A stretch of DNA of 64,000 nt from Hyphochytrium catenoides (GCA_900088475.1 FLMG01000505.1:1-64000); one strand, 5' to 3'. Positions 50,642 through 62,491 are shown, counted from the stretch's first letter. Translations and numbers: made by a program. The notes: generated from the letters alone by a model not told the origin.

Positions 50642-52609
50642 TTAAGATCTGACCGAGGCTAAGAGTTCCTCCCAGACCTCCAGTAAGGAGGAGCCTGACT
50701 TTTCTCTCTCTTGCACCTTCTCGACAAAAGCGGATGCAAGAAGGCTATCCCCAAAGGTTGATATGCGGAGGATGGCAGACAAAGATTCCGCGCAATGCCA
50801 AGGGAGTTCTTTGAACGCCATGGACGCCGCCAGCCATTGGACTGTGAGCATCACTAGGGGGTCACCCCCAAATGCTCCGCAGCCCCATTTACCCGTATCT
50901 ATTACTAACCGTGGAACTAATGTGGGCGGCACTATACCCTCTTGTTTTCCCGCTACAGTCGAGTTGAGAGCCAGCGGAAGGTAGAAGTATCTTATAGCGG
51001 CACGAAAGCCCAGGAAGGCCTTTCTAAGGTCCCTCTGTAGCAAAGCGTTCCCTTGTAGACCACTAGTTGAACTGACAGCAACTTCCCTTTGGTCACATTC
51101 GTTGAGATTCAGGTCCCTCTCAGTTGCGTCCATCACGATAACGCATTCAGAACACTTGTCTCCTCTTCGCTCCCTTTCTAGCTTTGAGATTCTCCCAATG
51201 TGCCGAATCTCTCTCCCTCCATATCCAGCGTAATCTCCCCACTTTTCTGCCCCACGTGCAATGACAACCTCATTGGCAGCAAGAGGTTGACTGCCTGTAA
51301 AGAGGACTATCAAGCATAGCTCGGGTCTATGTCCAATCAATAGCTCCTCTTGACTCCCTCCTCGGCCAAAGCTGGGGAACCTATGCGCAAAGTCAACCTC
51401 AGCCCGCAGGGTGGGAGGGAGACAGTGAGACTCTAGATCAGGAGCTAAGGCCATGCACTGTTCTTCCCTGCACTCATCCCGGGGTGATTGCATCTCAGAC
51501 AACAGAGAATCACCAATTCGCCCTCGTGCCGTGCAGACTATGGAATCCGCGGGCAAAACCGAGGTGGAAGCGTAGTGAGCTATTAGCTGCTCCGGTGATA
51601 AGTCCGTTTTGAGACGAAAGAATGATATGGGAGCTTCCGACAGTCGAACCGTCGTGTTGTGAACCAAGGGGACTTCCTCCATCCGTGATGCTGCTTGGCA
51701 TTCGTAGCTCTCTTGCTTGGGTTCCCAATCCTCAAAATAGCTTATAATGGTGTGGAGGTAGGAGGCACAAGCTGGAGAGGCTGAATCCTCATACCAAGGA
51801 AGTAAGGTCATCCAATAAGGGTGATAGTGGAGACACTGGCCATCAACCAGCGCCACCCTATCTATGCCTGCTCTTTCGTGCCGAAGTGCACTGACATCTT
51901 CCGATTGCCGGCGGCATAGCGTGCAAAGAAACATGTTGGCAAGCAGAGTTGCTGCTTGGCCTCGGGAGAGTTGCCAAAGGTCGCCAACCTGAAGACTGCA
52001 GGTCCCCTCCTGAGTCCACTCAGGTTCTACATAGGGTTCGGTTATCGTGTTTCTCTTTACAGAGGCAGGATCCGTTCCTCCCTGCCACTCTTGAGGACAA
52101 AGCTCACCAAACGGGAAATGCTGGTCAAGTTGTGTGGCAGCTTTAACTACATTACTTAGCACCTTCCTCAACCTGTCCGGATTGACTTCGGCAGCTAGGA
52201 ATGTAGCTAAGAAGTCGAGGGATGGTTGAGGTGCGGAATACAGATACCGTTTTTGTATGTGTGGCGGCAGTTCGGCCGCTGTCTCTAGGGAAGACGACGA
52301 CAAGGTGCCATACTTTTCATTCACAGTTTCTATGAACTCTATAAGATGTGGTGCAGTGTGTATCGGAGGGGCAGCAGGAGACAACAGGTCACTGAGGACT
52401 GACCAGGCGATGTAGTCCACCTCTCGAATACTGTCTGTTGGAAGCTTATCCTCCTGTTCTTGGCCTGGTCCTTCATCAATACCATTGAGCTCTTTCCCTC
52501 TTTGTCGTCTATGTATCTCCCTCTCATTCCTCCGATGGACGGCTGACGGAGAACAATAGTTCGGCAGACGGAAAGACCGCCAGCACGGACAAGACCTTTC
52601 GCTATCCAT
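50642..52609 (-). CDS. PARG: Poly(ADP-ribose) glycohydrolase, intronless
   Basis: LSRGQAATLLANMFLC; VDFAHRFPSFGRGGSQEELL...PEL; GA...DYAGYG; MDA; LQRDLRKAFLGF; IDTGKWGCGAFGGD; VQWLAAS. Confidence 0.9.
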   Translation of the reverse strand: MDSERSCPCWRSFRLPNYCSPSAVHRRNEREIHRRQRGKELNGIDEGPGQEQEDKLPTDSIREVDYIAWSVLSDLLSPAAPPIHTAPHLIEFIETVNEKYGTLSSSSLETAAELPPHIQKRYLYSAPQPSLDFLATFLAAEVNPDRLRKVLSNVVKAATQLDQHFPFGELCPQEWQGGTDPASVKRNTITEPYVEPEWTQEGTCSLQVGDLWQLSRGQAATLLANMFLCTLCRRQSEDVSALRHERAGIDRVALVDGQCLHYHPYWMTLLPWYEDSASPACASYLHTIISYFEDWEPKQESYECQAASRMEEVPLVHNTTVRLSEAPISFFRLKTDLSPEQLIAHYASTSVLPADSIVCTARGRIGDSLLSEMQSPRDECREEQCMALAPDLESHCLPPTLRAEVDFAHRFPSFGRGGSQEELLIGHRPELCLIVLFTGSQPLAANEVVIARGAEKWGDYAGYGGREIRHIGRISKLERERRGDKCSECVIVMDATERDLNLNECDQREVAVSSTSGLQGNALLQRDLRKAFLGFRAAIRYFYLPLALNSTVAGKQEGIVPPTLVPRLVIDTGKWGCGAFGGDPLVMLTVQWLAASMAFKELPWHCAESLSAILRISTFGDSLLASAFVEKVQEREKSGSSLLEVWEELLASVRS

Positions 52610-53148
52610 GTCTGCAAATAATTGCCCCAGACCTCAGCAGCAGCTCATCCTGCTTGTGCGAGCTATGGACTAGGTGGAAGTGATGGATCTATCATCAACA
52701 ACGAGAAAGTTGCCATCTCCTACGAGGTCTGGACTTCCCTAGAAAGTTTGTCTCTTTGTTTGAAGCAACTGATTCTGATTTGTCTCGGCTTTCTAGGCTC
52801 TTTATTAGTAGCCCTAGATAGAGGTTGGTAAAACTTTAAAGCGCCGCCAGGCGAAGCTTGGCGGCCACAGAAAGCATCACAAGAACAAGGGATTTGGAAA
52901 CAAGCGATGAACCAGCTCAAGAAAAACTTCCTGACTTCGCACTTTGACCTACAATAACCGGCAGATTCTGTGCGCAGAAGCTCCAGATTTCGACATTTGA
53001 GCACCTGCCGCTTTATCCTCAGGCCCAAGGTCGATCGGAAAGAGAGAGGAACCTCCTCATGCAAGAGTGCTGCCTTACATAGACATAGGCCTTTCATAGC
53101 AGCTTGTTTTTCTCAAACCCACTTTGATCTACCAACTGTATAAGCACC

Positions 53149-54499
53149 ATGGGAGCCCAGTTCAGCTCTTTGAAGGAATCCTCTAGATCAAACGATGCCC
53201 CTTTTTCCTTTCGCATCCCAGTTGCACAATGCGAGGCGGCTCCTCAGCAGGTTTTTCCTTTACCTTTCTTGATACGGGGATGGTGGCAGCTTGCTTACCT
53301 CTACTGCAGGATTATGTAAAACAGGTTGCCGAGGAGAATCCAGAGGACAATCCCATCATCCAAAATCTAGAGAAGAGACATGAAGAGATGAAAAGCCTTC
53401 CCAACCCGGGACCTTTTGAGTCCTTGTCGGGTACACCGTACTATTTTGACATCTTTGAAGGTTTCAGAGTAGATATACAGAAGCGGATTGGACCGGCACT
53501 TCATGTCTCACATAGGTAAGCGGCCGCATCGACTTCTGTTCCCAGAATAGGGACGTTAAGGTAACAACATACTGCAGCTTGAACCTTGGTAATCAGCAGA
53601 TTCCCGGCGGCGCCTTCTACAACTTCGCTGTGAGCGGCACAATGCTAAAAAATGTAGGCCATTGTCCTAGTTTTGCATCACGCAGATGCCACGGCTTATG
53701 GTCTAAAAAAATTGTCTCCAAACTCAGGGACAAACTCCTAGCAGAAGCTTTACATCTAGACTCATGATGGACGGGCGGTTGGACTTCAAGTGGAGCGAGA
53801 ATGTATCTGAACGAGTTGGCACGAAGCTCCAGGCCCTTGTACGTACTTTCAAGCCGCCCTAGTTATTTTGGGAGATGAACAGCTTATTCACACTGCCACC
53901 AAATGCAGCTAAGCCCGAATAATCAGCCGCCTCAAGTATCGCTTGATGTTGATTATCTGGGAACGGACTTCGTAGCCACTGCTAAATGGAACAACGGCGG
54001 GATTCTTGGTGTAACTTACTTGCAGAGCATCACAAAGAGGATTGCCATGGGCGGTAAGCTACATCATTGAACATACCTTTAAGGTGTCTTGGGAGATCCT
54101 AAAACGTAGGTTGCTGCAGGAGAAGCTTACTATGTGGTTGGTGGGAAGCAGGACGTCAGTACTTCATATGGAGTACGGTATGCTGATCCCATGATGGGGA
54201 CTGCGCAAGTGTGTTATTCAAACGGAGCTTTCGCCCTTCAGTATTACCGTACGCTTAGCCCGAAGTGGACCCTTTTATCGGATCTCCAATACTCCGTAGA
54301 GGGGGGATCTGCTGCGTCGACAGGGTTCATCTGCAACTTTGGGCAAGGCCAGCTGGCCTCTAAAGTGGATCACAACGGGCGAGTGACATCTGTCCTCGAT
54401 ACAGCTCTCTCAAACTATGCTTCTTTAGTGTTTAGCGCAGAAATTCAACACGCAACCAACGAATATGCCTTCGGATATGGTATAAAGTTTGCTAGCTAA
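53149..54499 (+). CDS. TOM40: Mitochondrial import receptor subunit Tom40 (6 exons)
   Basis: LPNPGPFESL; FEGFRVDIQK...LHVSH; LDVDYLGTDF; GVTYLQSIT..IAMGGE; LASKVDHNGRVTSVL; C-terminal beta signal YAFGYGIKFAS*. Confidence 0.9.
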
Positions 54500-55050
54500 G
54501 CAAGAGCTGGCTCCATCCCCAGCTTTTTCCACTACTATTGACTGAGATTCCAGATGTTTCCCATGCTTCCAGAAAGGGCAGTCACACTTTACATACTCAG
54601 GTTGCTAGTACTACCGAACCTGCTCCTCTTGAGGCATTACCACCATGAATAACAATAAACCTCAACAAACAACAAAAGAACCGCAAATTTGTCAAATCAT
54701 AGTTCTATCTTCTTCTGGGCAGCTCTTCAATACGAATGGGAGCTGGCGACGGAGGCAACCGGCCCAGTCTATCATCAGCCCCGTACGCCAACAGTTTCTT
54801 CTTGAGATGTCAGGGAGTGAATGGGCGCAAGTAAGCTAAGCCTGGAAAGGAAAAGAGAAGACTTCCAAGAACCATCACCTCGTTCATCATCTCTAGGGAA
54901 GAATAATCCCCCTCTGATAGTGACTTAGAAGTGGGGATTAAGTTCTCATCCGGTATGTAAAGGCCTTTAGATCTATGGGACTGCGGGGATTGAATTTCTT
55001 CTGTGTAGATCAACATTAAACTATCGAGAACCTAACATACTTTATGGAAA

Positions 55051-57535
55051 GATGTGGTCTTTATTATCAAATTAGTAAAGAGGATGCAGTCGACTACTGA
55101 TTAGAGAACGCGAAGGTATGCAAATATGTACTACGAAGACTGAAAAGAGAAACTACAAAGAACTATAGTAGGCCAGACACAGAAAGGAAGAGCACAGTAG
55201 CAGGACTTCACCCGGCCCCCAAGGGCCGGGCATTGACAAGAAGCGGCTGCTGTGGGGCCATCGAAGAAGCAGGGCAGGGAGTTCATCCTCCTGCCCAATG
55301 ATGCGAGAAAGGAAGACGTCTTGATCCTCCTTGACGATCAACACCCCAGACAGCATTTTCAGGAGCTGAAGCAGGAGCTGGAGCAGCAGTGCGACGAGTA
55401 GGAGGAGAAGAAGCAGCAGAAAGGAGAGCATAAGAAGAGGCCAGAGCGGGAGAAAAGTGGTAAGGCAGCAAGGAAGGGCGCTGAAGGCGGCAATCTGGAT
55501 ACTACCATACGGGCGGCTTCCTCATGCAATGCCAAGGACACTTGTTTGAACAGGCGATGTCGGAAAAAGTGAACATCGCGTTCCAGAGCTACTGTCCCAT
55601 CAGCCTGAGCAGCACAAATAGTGTTGACAAAGCTAGCAACGGTAGCAGAGGCCCCACCAAAGGGCTCCCGGACTGAAGGAAGGAAGTCGATCTGGTGGGC
55701 ATTACATGCGGCCAGGTACTTGTGACTCTTTCGGTCCTCAACCGCAGCCATCTGATATCCCGACCGCTCCGCTGCATATCGAAGGGTGTTTTTTTGTTGC
55801 AGCCGATGCGTTACCGAGATGTCAAACGCTGTGACTGGGAATCGGTGACTGTATCCAGGGACCGCTCGGTTACCAGTGCGGGCGAAGGAACAGCGAGATA
55901 GAGTGGAGCGGCTCACTGGAGCAGCGGTAACCGGCGTCCGACACTGCAGAACACAGTGGGGAGAGGACACGGTTATGACGACGTGAGGCACCGCCACCTG
56001 TGCGACACATCATTGCATGGTCGCCGTAGACATCCATCTCGGACCTTTTTGCAACTCTCACATACAGCGGCGGCCGCGAGAAAGGGAAGACCAAGAAAGC
56101 GCTGAAGCATGGCCCGAAATAACCCTGGACTGAGCCTTATGCAACAGCGCCCCACAGGGAGAGGCGGCAAGGAAAGCCCCAGCATGTGGGAGAGAAACAG
56201 AAAGGAGACAAGCCCGGAAATAGGAGACGGAGGAGAAAGAAGACGGAGGTGAGCGCGCTTCCAGAGGCAGGAGCAAAACCTCTGCTGCAAGTCCTTGACA
56301 CGACAAGCTGAAGGAAGCCGCCGCTCCTCTGATTGCTCCGGCAACCCCATGTCATCGTAGAGGGCACGAAGAGAGCATTCAACCGCCGCAGGTGGACTAG
56401 CAAACTGTTGCGTACAGGGCACGAAGAGAGCATTCAACCGCCGCAGGTGGACTAGCAAGCTGTTGCGAAGGCCTAAGAGTGACGACACAAGTTCGTAGGA
56501 GAGCGCTAGAGAATCAACAAAAGCAGGACGAGAGACAGCGGAAGCAGGAAGGAGACCCAGACCGCCAAGCCTGATGGTAGAGAAGCCTGCTCCCATGCAC
56601 AGTCAGGACGTGGAACGGAAGAGTCCCAACTCAAAAGACAAGCTAAAAACCGTTTGCTCCTCAGATCAACATCAGGCAACTGACAGGCCACAAGAGCCGG
56701 GGACAAGTGCGGAGAAGATAATTTATCTTGATTACGCCCAGACAGCCCCTGAACAAGGCAAGACGAACTTGGAGATGTTCAACCTGATCAAGAAGAGAAT
56801 CGACGGAAAGGAGGCGAGCAAAGAGAGAAGACAAGAAGGAAGAAACGAAAACCGGGGAGCCTATAAGGGCCCCAAGAAGCTCTACTCCACACGGAGAGAC
56901 ACGTCTAATCGCTGGAGAAATTCATCCAGAGGAGAGGTTCGGGAAGGCCACCATAACTCGCATTTGGGAAGGTTCAAAAAGAGTCCAAGCGACGGGGAGA
57001 GGTCGTTAATGAGCTTGAGAGCCCGGAGAACAAAAGCATGGCGTCCTATCAAGGTGCCATCATCAAGGTACCAAGTATGCAAGAGGAGGTCAGGAACCTC
57101 CTCCCGCAACTTTAGGACCAAGGGCTGTAGGGCCAGAGAAAATAGAAGTGGACCCAAAGGATCGCTCTGCTGGACCTCCCAGGAGATAGAGAGACGGAAG
57201 GTACCAAAAGATGGGACGGCTGGCCATAAGAGAACCTCACCCAAAGACAGAGAGAAGGAAAAATGGAGGCGAATCTGATCAAGGATAACCGATCTGCTAA
57301 CACAATTGAAAGCATTGGAAAAGTCCACCTTGAGCATAACCAGCTCTGGATCGTTACCATGTTCGTGGGACCACTCGTCTTACTGCGTGGACAAATGGCT
57401 TCCGACCCTGCCCGCACAGCCACGCCAACGTGGAGAGGAGAGAAGTAATCACTAACGTCAGACTTCACTATGGAGCAACAGCACTGGGCGGCCAACCTCC
57501 GAAAAGTTTCGCCGACAGCTATAGGCCTTCCCGGA
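55051..57535 (-). mobile_element. Degenerate, 5'-truncated CRE-like non-LTR retrotransposon (RT + Zn knuckle + RLE), copy 1
   Basis: RPIAVGETFRRLA; GVAVRAGSEAI; LKVDFSNAFN; VQQSDPLGPLLFSLAL; WYLDDG; GLFLNLPKCELW; LGGLGL; CESC...DVYGDHAMMC...SRRHN; AFDISVTH; EDRKSHKY; FLP..EPFGG; many frameshifts. Confidence 0.92.
56356..56465. repeat. 55-bp tandem duplication inside retrotransposon copy 1
   Basis: cgta(g/c)agggcacgaagagagcattcaaccgccgcaggtggactagcaa(a/g)ctgttg x2. Confidence 0.92.
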
Positions 57536-57647
57536 ACGAGCATGCTTAGTGCGGCTTCCACTCGAGCTGAGCTAGTCCAACGCAGATCAGCTTCAGGGAA
57601 GAGAAAGAGTAAAGACCAGGCTGACACAGAGTTGACCAGATCACAGC

Positions 57648-59853
57648 TACCTCCTCCTGGACACTTGGTACCTTGATGACGGCACCCTGATAGGATGCCA
57701 AGCTTCTGTTCTTCAGGCTCTCAAGCTCATTACGGGTCTCTCCCCTTTGCTTGGTCTCTCTTTGAACCTTTCTAAGTGCGAGTTATGGTAGCCTTCCCGG
57801 ACCTCTTCCCTGGAAGACCTTTCCCCCCGACGATTAGACGTGTCTTTCCGTCTGGAATGGAGCTCCCTGGGGCCCCTATTGGCTCCCCGGCTTTCGTTTC
57901 TTCCTTAGTGTCTTCTCTCTTTGCTCGCCTCCTTTCTATGGATTCTCTTCTCGATCAGGTTGAAGACCTCCAAGTTCGTTTCGCCATGTTTAGGGGCTAC
58001 CTAAGCATGGACAAGATAAATCACCTTCCCCGCACTTGTCCCCCCGCTTTTCTGGCCTGTCGATGCCTGATTTTGACCTGAGGACTGAACAAGGTTTAGG
58101 TCGTCTTGTGGGGTGGGACCCCTCGGTTCCCTTTCCTGATTCTGCACTCTTCCCATCAAGCTTGGCGGCCTGGGTCTGCTTCCTGCGTCTGTTATTTCTC
58201 GTCCTGCTATTTTAACTTCTCTCGCGCTCTCCTATGAACTGGTGTTGGCTCTCTTAGGCCGGCCTTACCATCAACCTGCTAGTCCACCTGCGGCGGCTGT
58301 GCTCTCTTCGTGCCCTCTACGATGACATGGGGTTGCCGGAGCAGTCAGAGAAGCGCCATAACTTCCTTCAGCTTGCTGGTGTTACGGACGTACAGCATAA
58401 ATTTGCTCCCGTCTCTGGAAACGCGCTCACCTCCGTCTTCTTTCTCTTCCTTCTCCTGCTTCTCGGGCTCGCCTTCGTTCTGTTTCTCTCCCTCATGCTG
58501 GGGCTTTCCTCACCGCTTCTTCCTGGGGGCGCTGCTGCATAAGGCTCAATCCTCTGTTTTATTTCGGGCTATGCTTCGACGTTTTCTTGGTCTTCCTCTT
58601 CTTCAGGCCCCTGTAGTATGCGGGAGTTGTCGAAGAGGTGATATGGATGTCTACGGCGACCATGTGATAGTCTGTCGCACAGGTGGCGGTGCCTCCCGCC
58701 GTCATAACGGGGTTCTCTCTCTTTTGTTCTCTGCAGTATCAGACGCCGGATACCGCTGCTCTCGGGAACCCCTCCACTTGCTCTCTCGCTCTCCCTTCTC
58801 CGCCCTGGTGACCTAGCTATCCCTGGGTATGGCAACCGATTCCCAGCCACAGCCTTCGATATCCCTGTCACACACCCGCTGCAGCATAATACCCTTCGTT
58901 ATGCAGCGGAACGGTCAGGATATCATATGGCCGTGGTTGAGGACCATAAGCGCCACATATTCCTAGCTGCTTGCAATGCCCACCTGATCGACTTCCTCCC
59001 TCTAGTCTGGGAGTCCTTTGGTGGGGGCTCGCTGCAATTCGCAGCGCCTCTCATTCCTCCTCCAACATCTCTTTGCTTAGCGCACTGCCTATAGACATAG
59101 TGATGATAGACCAGCCACCAGTTAGCGGGGATATACTTGTCGCTCCAGAGCAACGTCTTTGCCTGCACTGCAGCGGGCCTCTCTCCCAGAAGGATGGAAG
59201 CATGGAGTTCAAAGGCATTCTTAAGGCGATCGTTCTTGGCAGAGTAGAGATCAATGCCTTGATGCCAGAGAATCTCAGAGATACCCGCTGCCACCGTTGC
59301 AGCCTTTGTCAATACTTTTTGTGCTGCTCAGGCTGATCATACCGTTGCTCGTGAGAGCGATGTACCCTTCTTTCGTCATCGCTTATTGAGACAGGTGTCT
59401 TTGGCATTGCATGAGGACGCCGCCCGTGTGATAGTTTCGAGATTGCCGCCTTCAGCGCCCTTCCTTGCGCCTTTCACGCTTCTACTCCCCTCTCTTCTTC
59501 TGCACTCTTTTCTGCTTCTTCTTCTTCTGTCGCTCCTGCCGCTGCTCCTGCTCCTGACAACGCCTCTCAGTTGTTGACCGCGAGCAGGATCAAGAATTTT
59601 CTCTCTCGCATTATTGGAGAGGAGGACGTTCTCCCCGTAGCCTCCTCGCTGGCCCCACAGTTGCTTTCTTCAGTCAATGCCCCGCCCTTGGGAGCCGAGT
59701 GAGGTCCTGTAGCTACTCTGCTCTTCTTTTTTCTTTCTGGCCTCATTTAGCTCTTTCTCCTTTCTCTTTTGTTACTTCGTACTTGCATCTCTTCATCTTC
59801 TTCACACACTCCTTATTACTGTACTCTTTCTGAATCATAATAAAGGCGACATC
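57648..59853 (+). mobile_element. Degenerate, 5'-truncated CRE-like non-LTR retrotransposon, copy 2 (inverted relative to copy 1)
   Basis: Begins at ...TWYLDDG; LPGAPIGS; LGGLGL; CGSC..DMDVYGDHVIVC..SRRHN; PGDLAIPG...AFDIPVTHP; colinear with the reverse complement of copy 1 through the 3'UTR. Confidence 0.92.
59031..59288 (-). pseudogene. Alginate-lyase-family (alpha/alpha toroid)-like gene fragment inserted in retrotransposon copy 2
   Basis: Stop-free GISEILWHQGIDLYSAKNDRLKNAFELHASILLGE...PANWWLVYHHYVYR; absent from copy 1. Confidence 0.65.
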
Positions 59854-60313
59854 AAAGTCAAAAAATCCGTATCATTGCATGTTATGACTATTAGATTATT
59901 AGGGATGAGATTAATGTATAATATCCTGGTTCATGATGGCGCACGTTGAATCCGGGATACAAAAGCCAGAACCCATATTGTAATGGATCTTTTAGATTTT
60001 TACTGTTTCTGTCCTCTCCTCTCTTCTGTGACACTGTGGCGGAGTTGCATTGGAGTTTCTGGGTTCTCAATCAGTCACTGTTTGGCACTGTTCTTCTCTC
60101 CTGACAAGCAGACCTCAGCATTGAGCTGCTGACTCGCTGCCCCATAGAACTATCATTGATTTCTGTCGCCGAGTGAGTGTTACTCATCGCCCTCCTGAGG
60201 CGAGGACAAACCTACCTAGTTGCAGGAACCTTGCATCCAAGCTCCCTCATAAGCCAGATTAGCAGCACTTCAGGAGTCTAGTGCAGGACCTTGCCACGGC
60301 TGCGGGAGTTATC

Positions 60314-61421
60314 ATGTCTTCATACAAGCGCCGAAGAAAAGACCAGCTTACAACAGAGCAGCGTGCGCTGGCTGCTAGTGTAGAGAGATTTAATGCCTCG
60401 ATTGCTGAGGAAGGGGAGAGAATAGTACGAGAAGTGCTGCCAAGGAAGATCTTACAGCTCGATGTAATGGCAAAGGTATAGCTTAACGTCTGCTTTATTC
60501 ACTCCTGGGAGGTAGTATGTGCGTGAAGTATTCGCTTGTTGACACTCTTGCCCAGGATACTGAAAAGTTCGATATGAAAGGATTGGATGAAGTTTTACAA
60601 AGTGCAAAGGTGGACTTGATACCACCACGGCTACAGGAGGACAAAGCCAATGGTATGAACTCTAATAAGGGTTCTGGAGAACCGCAAAATGGGGATATAG
60701 TTGTTCCTTGTAACAAGGTACATGACCACGGAAAACTTTCCCTGGCCGGCATGCATTGACACTACCTACCTCTATACCAGCGTCTTATGGAGCTTATGAA
60801 CATCCTGAAAGATGAAATCCTCTCCACGGTCCAAGTGATCGGTACCATCAAGACTTGGATCCAGCTAATGATTCCGCGAATAGAAGCTGGCAATAATTTT
60901 GGAGTTAGCGTTCAGGTTTGACCAGCATTCTACTGCGTACCACGAGTTTTTTTTTACGTCCCGTCCTTCTAGGAAGAATGTGTCAGCGAGGTCGGGCGAG
61001 CAGAGGATCTCAGTTTCGGCATATTAGAAGGGATGGCCAAGTACTACCAAGCTCGGGCGAAGCTTGTAGCCAAGGTGCGTTGCCTACACTGGTTAAACGC
61101 TGCCGCCGGAGTGTAAGAGCTAATCACGTCCTGGCATATTAGTTCATGAAGCATCGAAACGTGATGGATTATCGCCGAAGCATCCTGGAGTGTGATGAAA
61201 TGCAGTTTATTAATGTATGCCTTGGAGCCATAGATCTTAGGTGCGTTTGTTACCGTCCCTTTGATTTGCGTCCTGAATGAATACTCGAGCGTTGTTACTA
61301 ACGGTCTTCTCTCATGCACGATAGGAATAATTATGTCATCATGTACGACCTTCTTATCAAGAACATAGATAGAATCAAGCAACCGAAGGGCAATGTCGAC
61401 CATTCATCCATAATGCTCTAA
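60314..61421 (+). CDS. PSME3: Proteasome activator PA28/REG (11S), gamma-like, 6 exons
   Basis: N-terminal KRRRK; VLPRKILQL; VPCNK; IKTWIQLMIPRIEAGNNFGVSVQEE; KYYQARAKLVAK; DYRRSILECDE; LRNNYVIMYDLLIKNIDRIKQPKG. Confidence 0.92.
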
Positions 61422-61611
61422 GAAAGTATTCGTTACAATGTGGCATGTAAACAGATTCCGCTTTGATAGAGCTTGGAACGGCTGTGTCTTGGTCATGTTT
61501 ATGGGCGCACAAATTGTGCAAGAAGGACGGTCTAGCTGTCCTTGCTGAGACGTGCCACGACTGGATAGAGCTTGTTCCCTGGTATAATACATTAAATTTA
61601 CCTTGTCCTGC

Positions 61612-62491
61612 ACAAACAAACTGCCCTTATGTTTCGGGCTTTAGTTCAGCTGGCCTGCCTTCTCTCTGGATGGTGTCATGTAGCCCATACTGAGGTGCAA
61701 GAAAGAACTAAGGATACCAAAGGTGCCTGAAAGAAGTAATAGAAAAGGAGGAAGCAGCAGGCGGCGCTGACAAGAGCAGAGAGCTATTCTGACAAAGAGC
61801 AATCAAAGGGAAGCTAGTGACCTTCTTTTACAGCTCCCACAGACGCCGACGATGTTGCCACGCAATCATCAACCACGGCGGTTCCAGAATCCAGGGCTAG
61901 AGATGGGATTGACGTGCACTGTCTGCTGCTTTATTTAGGCAAAAAGACCAAAGGTAGAAGACGCCTCGCGTGCGAACAATGGCTTGAGCATGGCCCAACT
62001 GGGCACAAAGGCACCCAGCCGATGGCAGCCAGAGTCTTGCTCGCCCCTGCGCCGAGTTCTCCGGCAACAGCACAGAAGAGTTCCATACTTCGTGCATCAC
62101 CACCCGCGCCCACTGTTCTGTGAGCCTTGGAACGGGTTGTCGTACAATGTTCGTAGTACATGTGTGACGGTAAACAATGTGTACTCTGTACACTGTAGAT
62201 GTACGGCATCAATGGCAAAGAGTTCGGAATTCACACTCAAGGCACCAGAGTTATCCGGAATATGTCTGATCAGCAGCCGAGTTCCAGAACCACGTCTTAC
62301 TAGGCCTCTTCCTGCGGAACTAATTACTGGCATAACAGCCTTCTTTGGCTGGTGCTATTACTAACGGGTATCATTGAACTTCTCTTGGAATCTACGGTTC
62401 TGGCGGCAAGCGAAGCTAAGATGCCCATCGGTTGGGAGAGAAAATCTGCAGATCTAGATGAAGATCTGAAGACTCGTAGGGAAAGGGCCAT
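61612..62491 (-). CDS. Possible spliced hypothetical protein with a mitochondrial-presequence-like N-terminus
   Basis: MALSLRVFRSSSRSADFLSQ... and terminal exons LDSGTAVVDDCVATSSASVGAVKE|GTFGILSSFLHLSMGY...* joined by a GT...tttcag intron; middle exons not resolved. Confidence 0.3.

Noticed and set aside
54640-55020. Minus-strand fragment with KLLAYGAD (ankyrin-like) beside the retroelement
   Set aside because: Too short and interrupted by stops; no coherent gene model.
56574-57278. 234-aa Arg/Lys-rich plus-strand ORF
   Set aside because: Antisense shadow of the retrotransposon RT region.
11203-61421. Apparent functional grouping (ZW10 with XMAP215; POLH with PARG and PA28)
   Set aside because: The genes are dispersed among unrelated housekeeping genes, which is compatible with chance.
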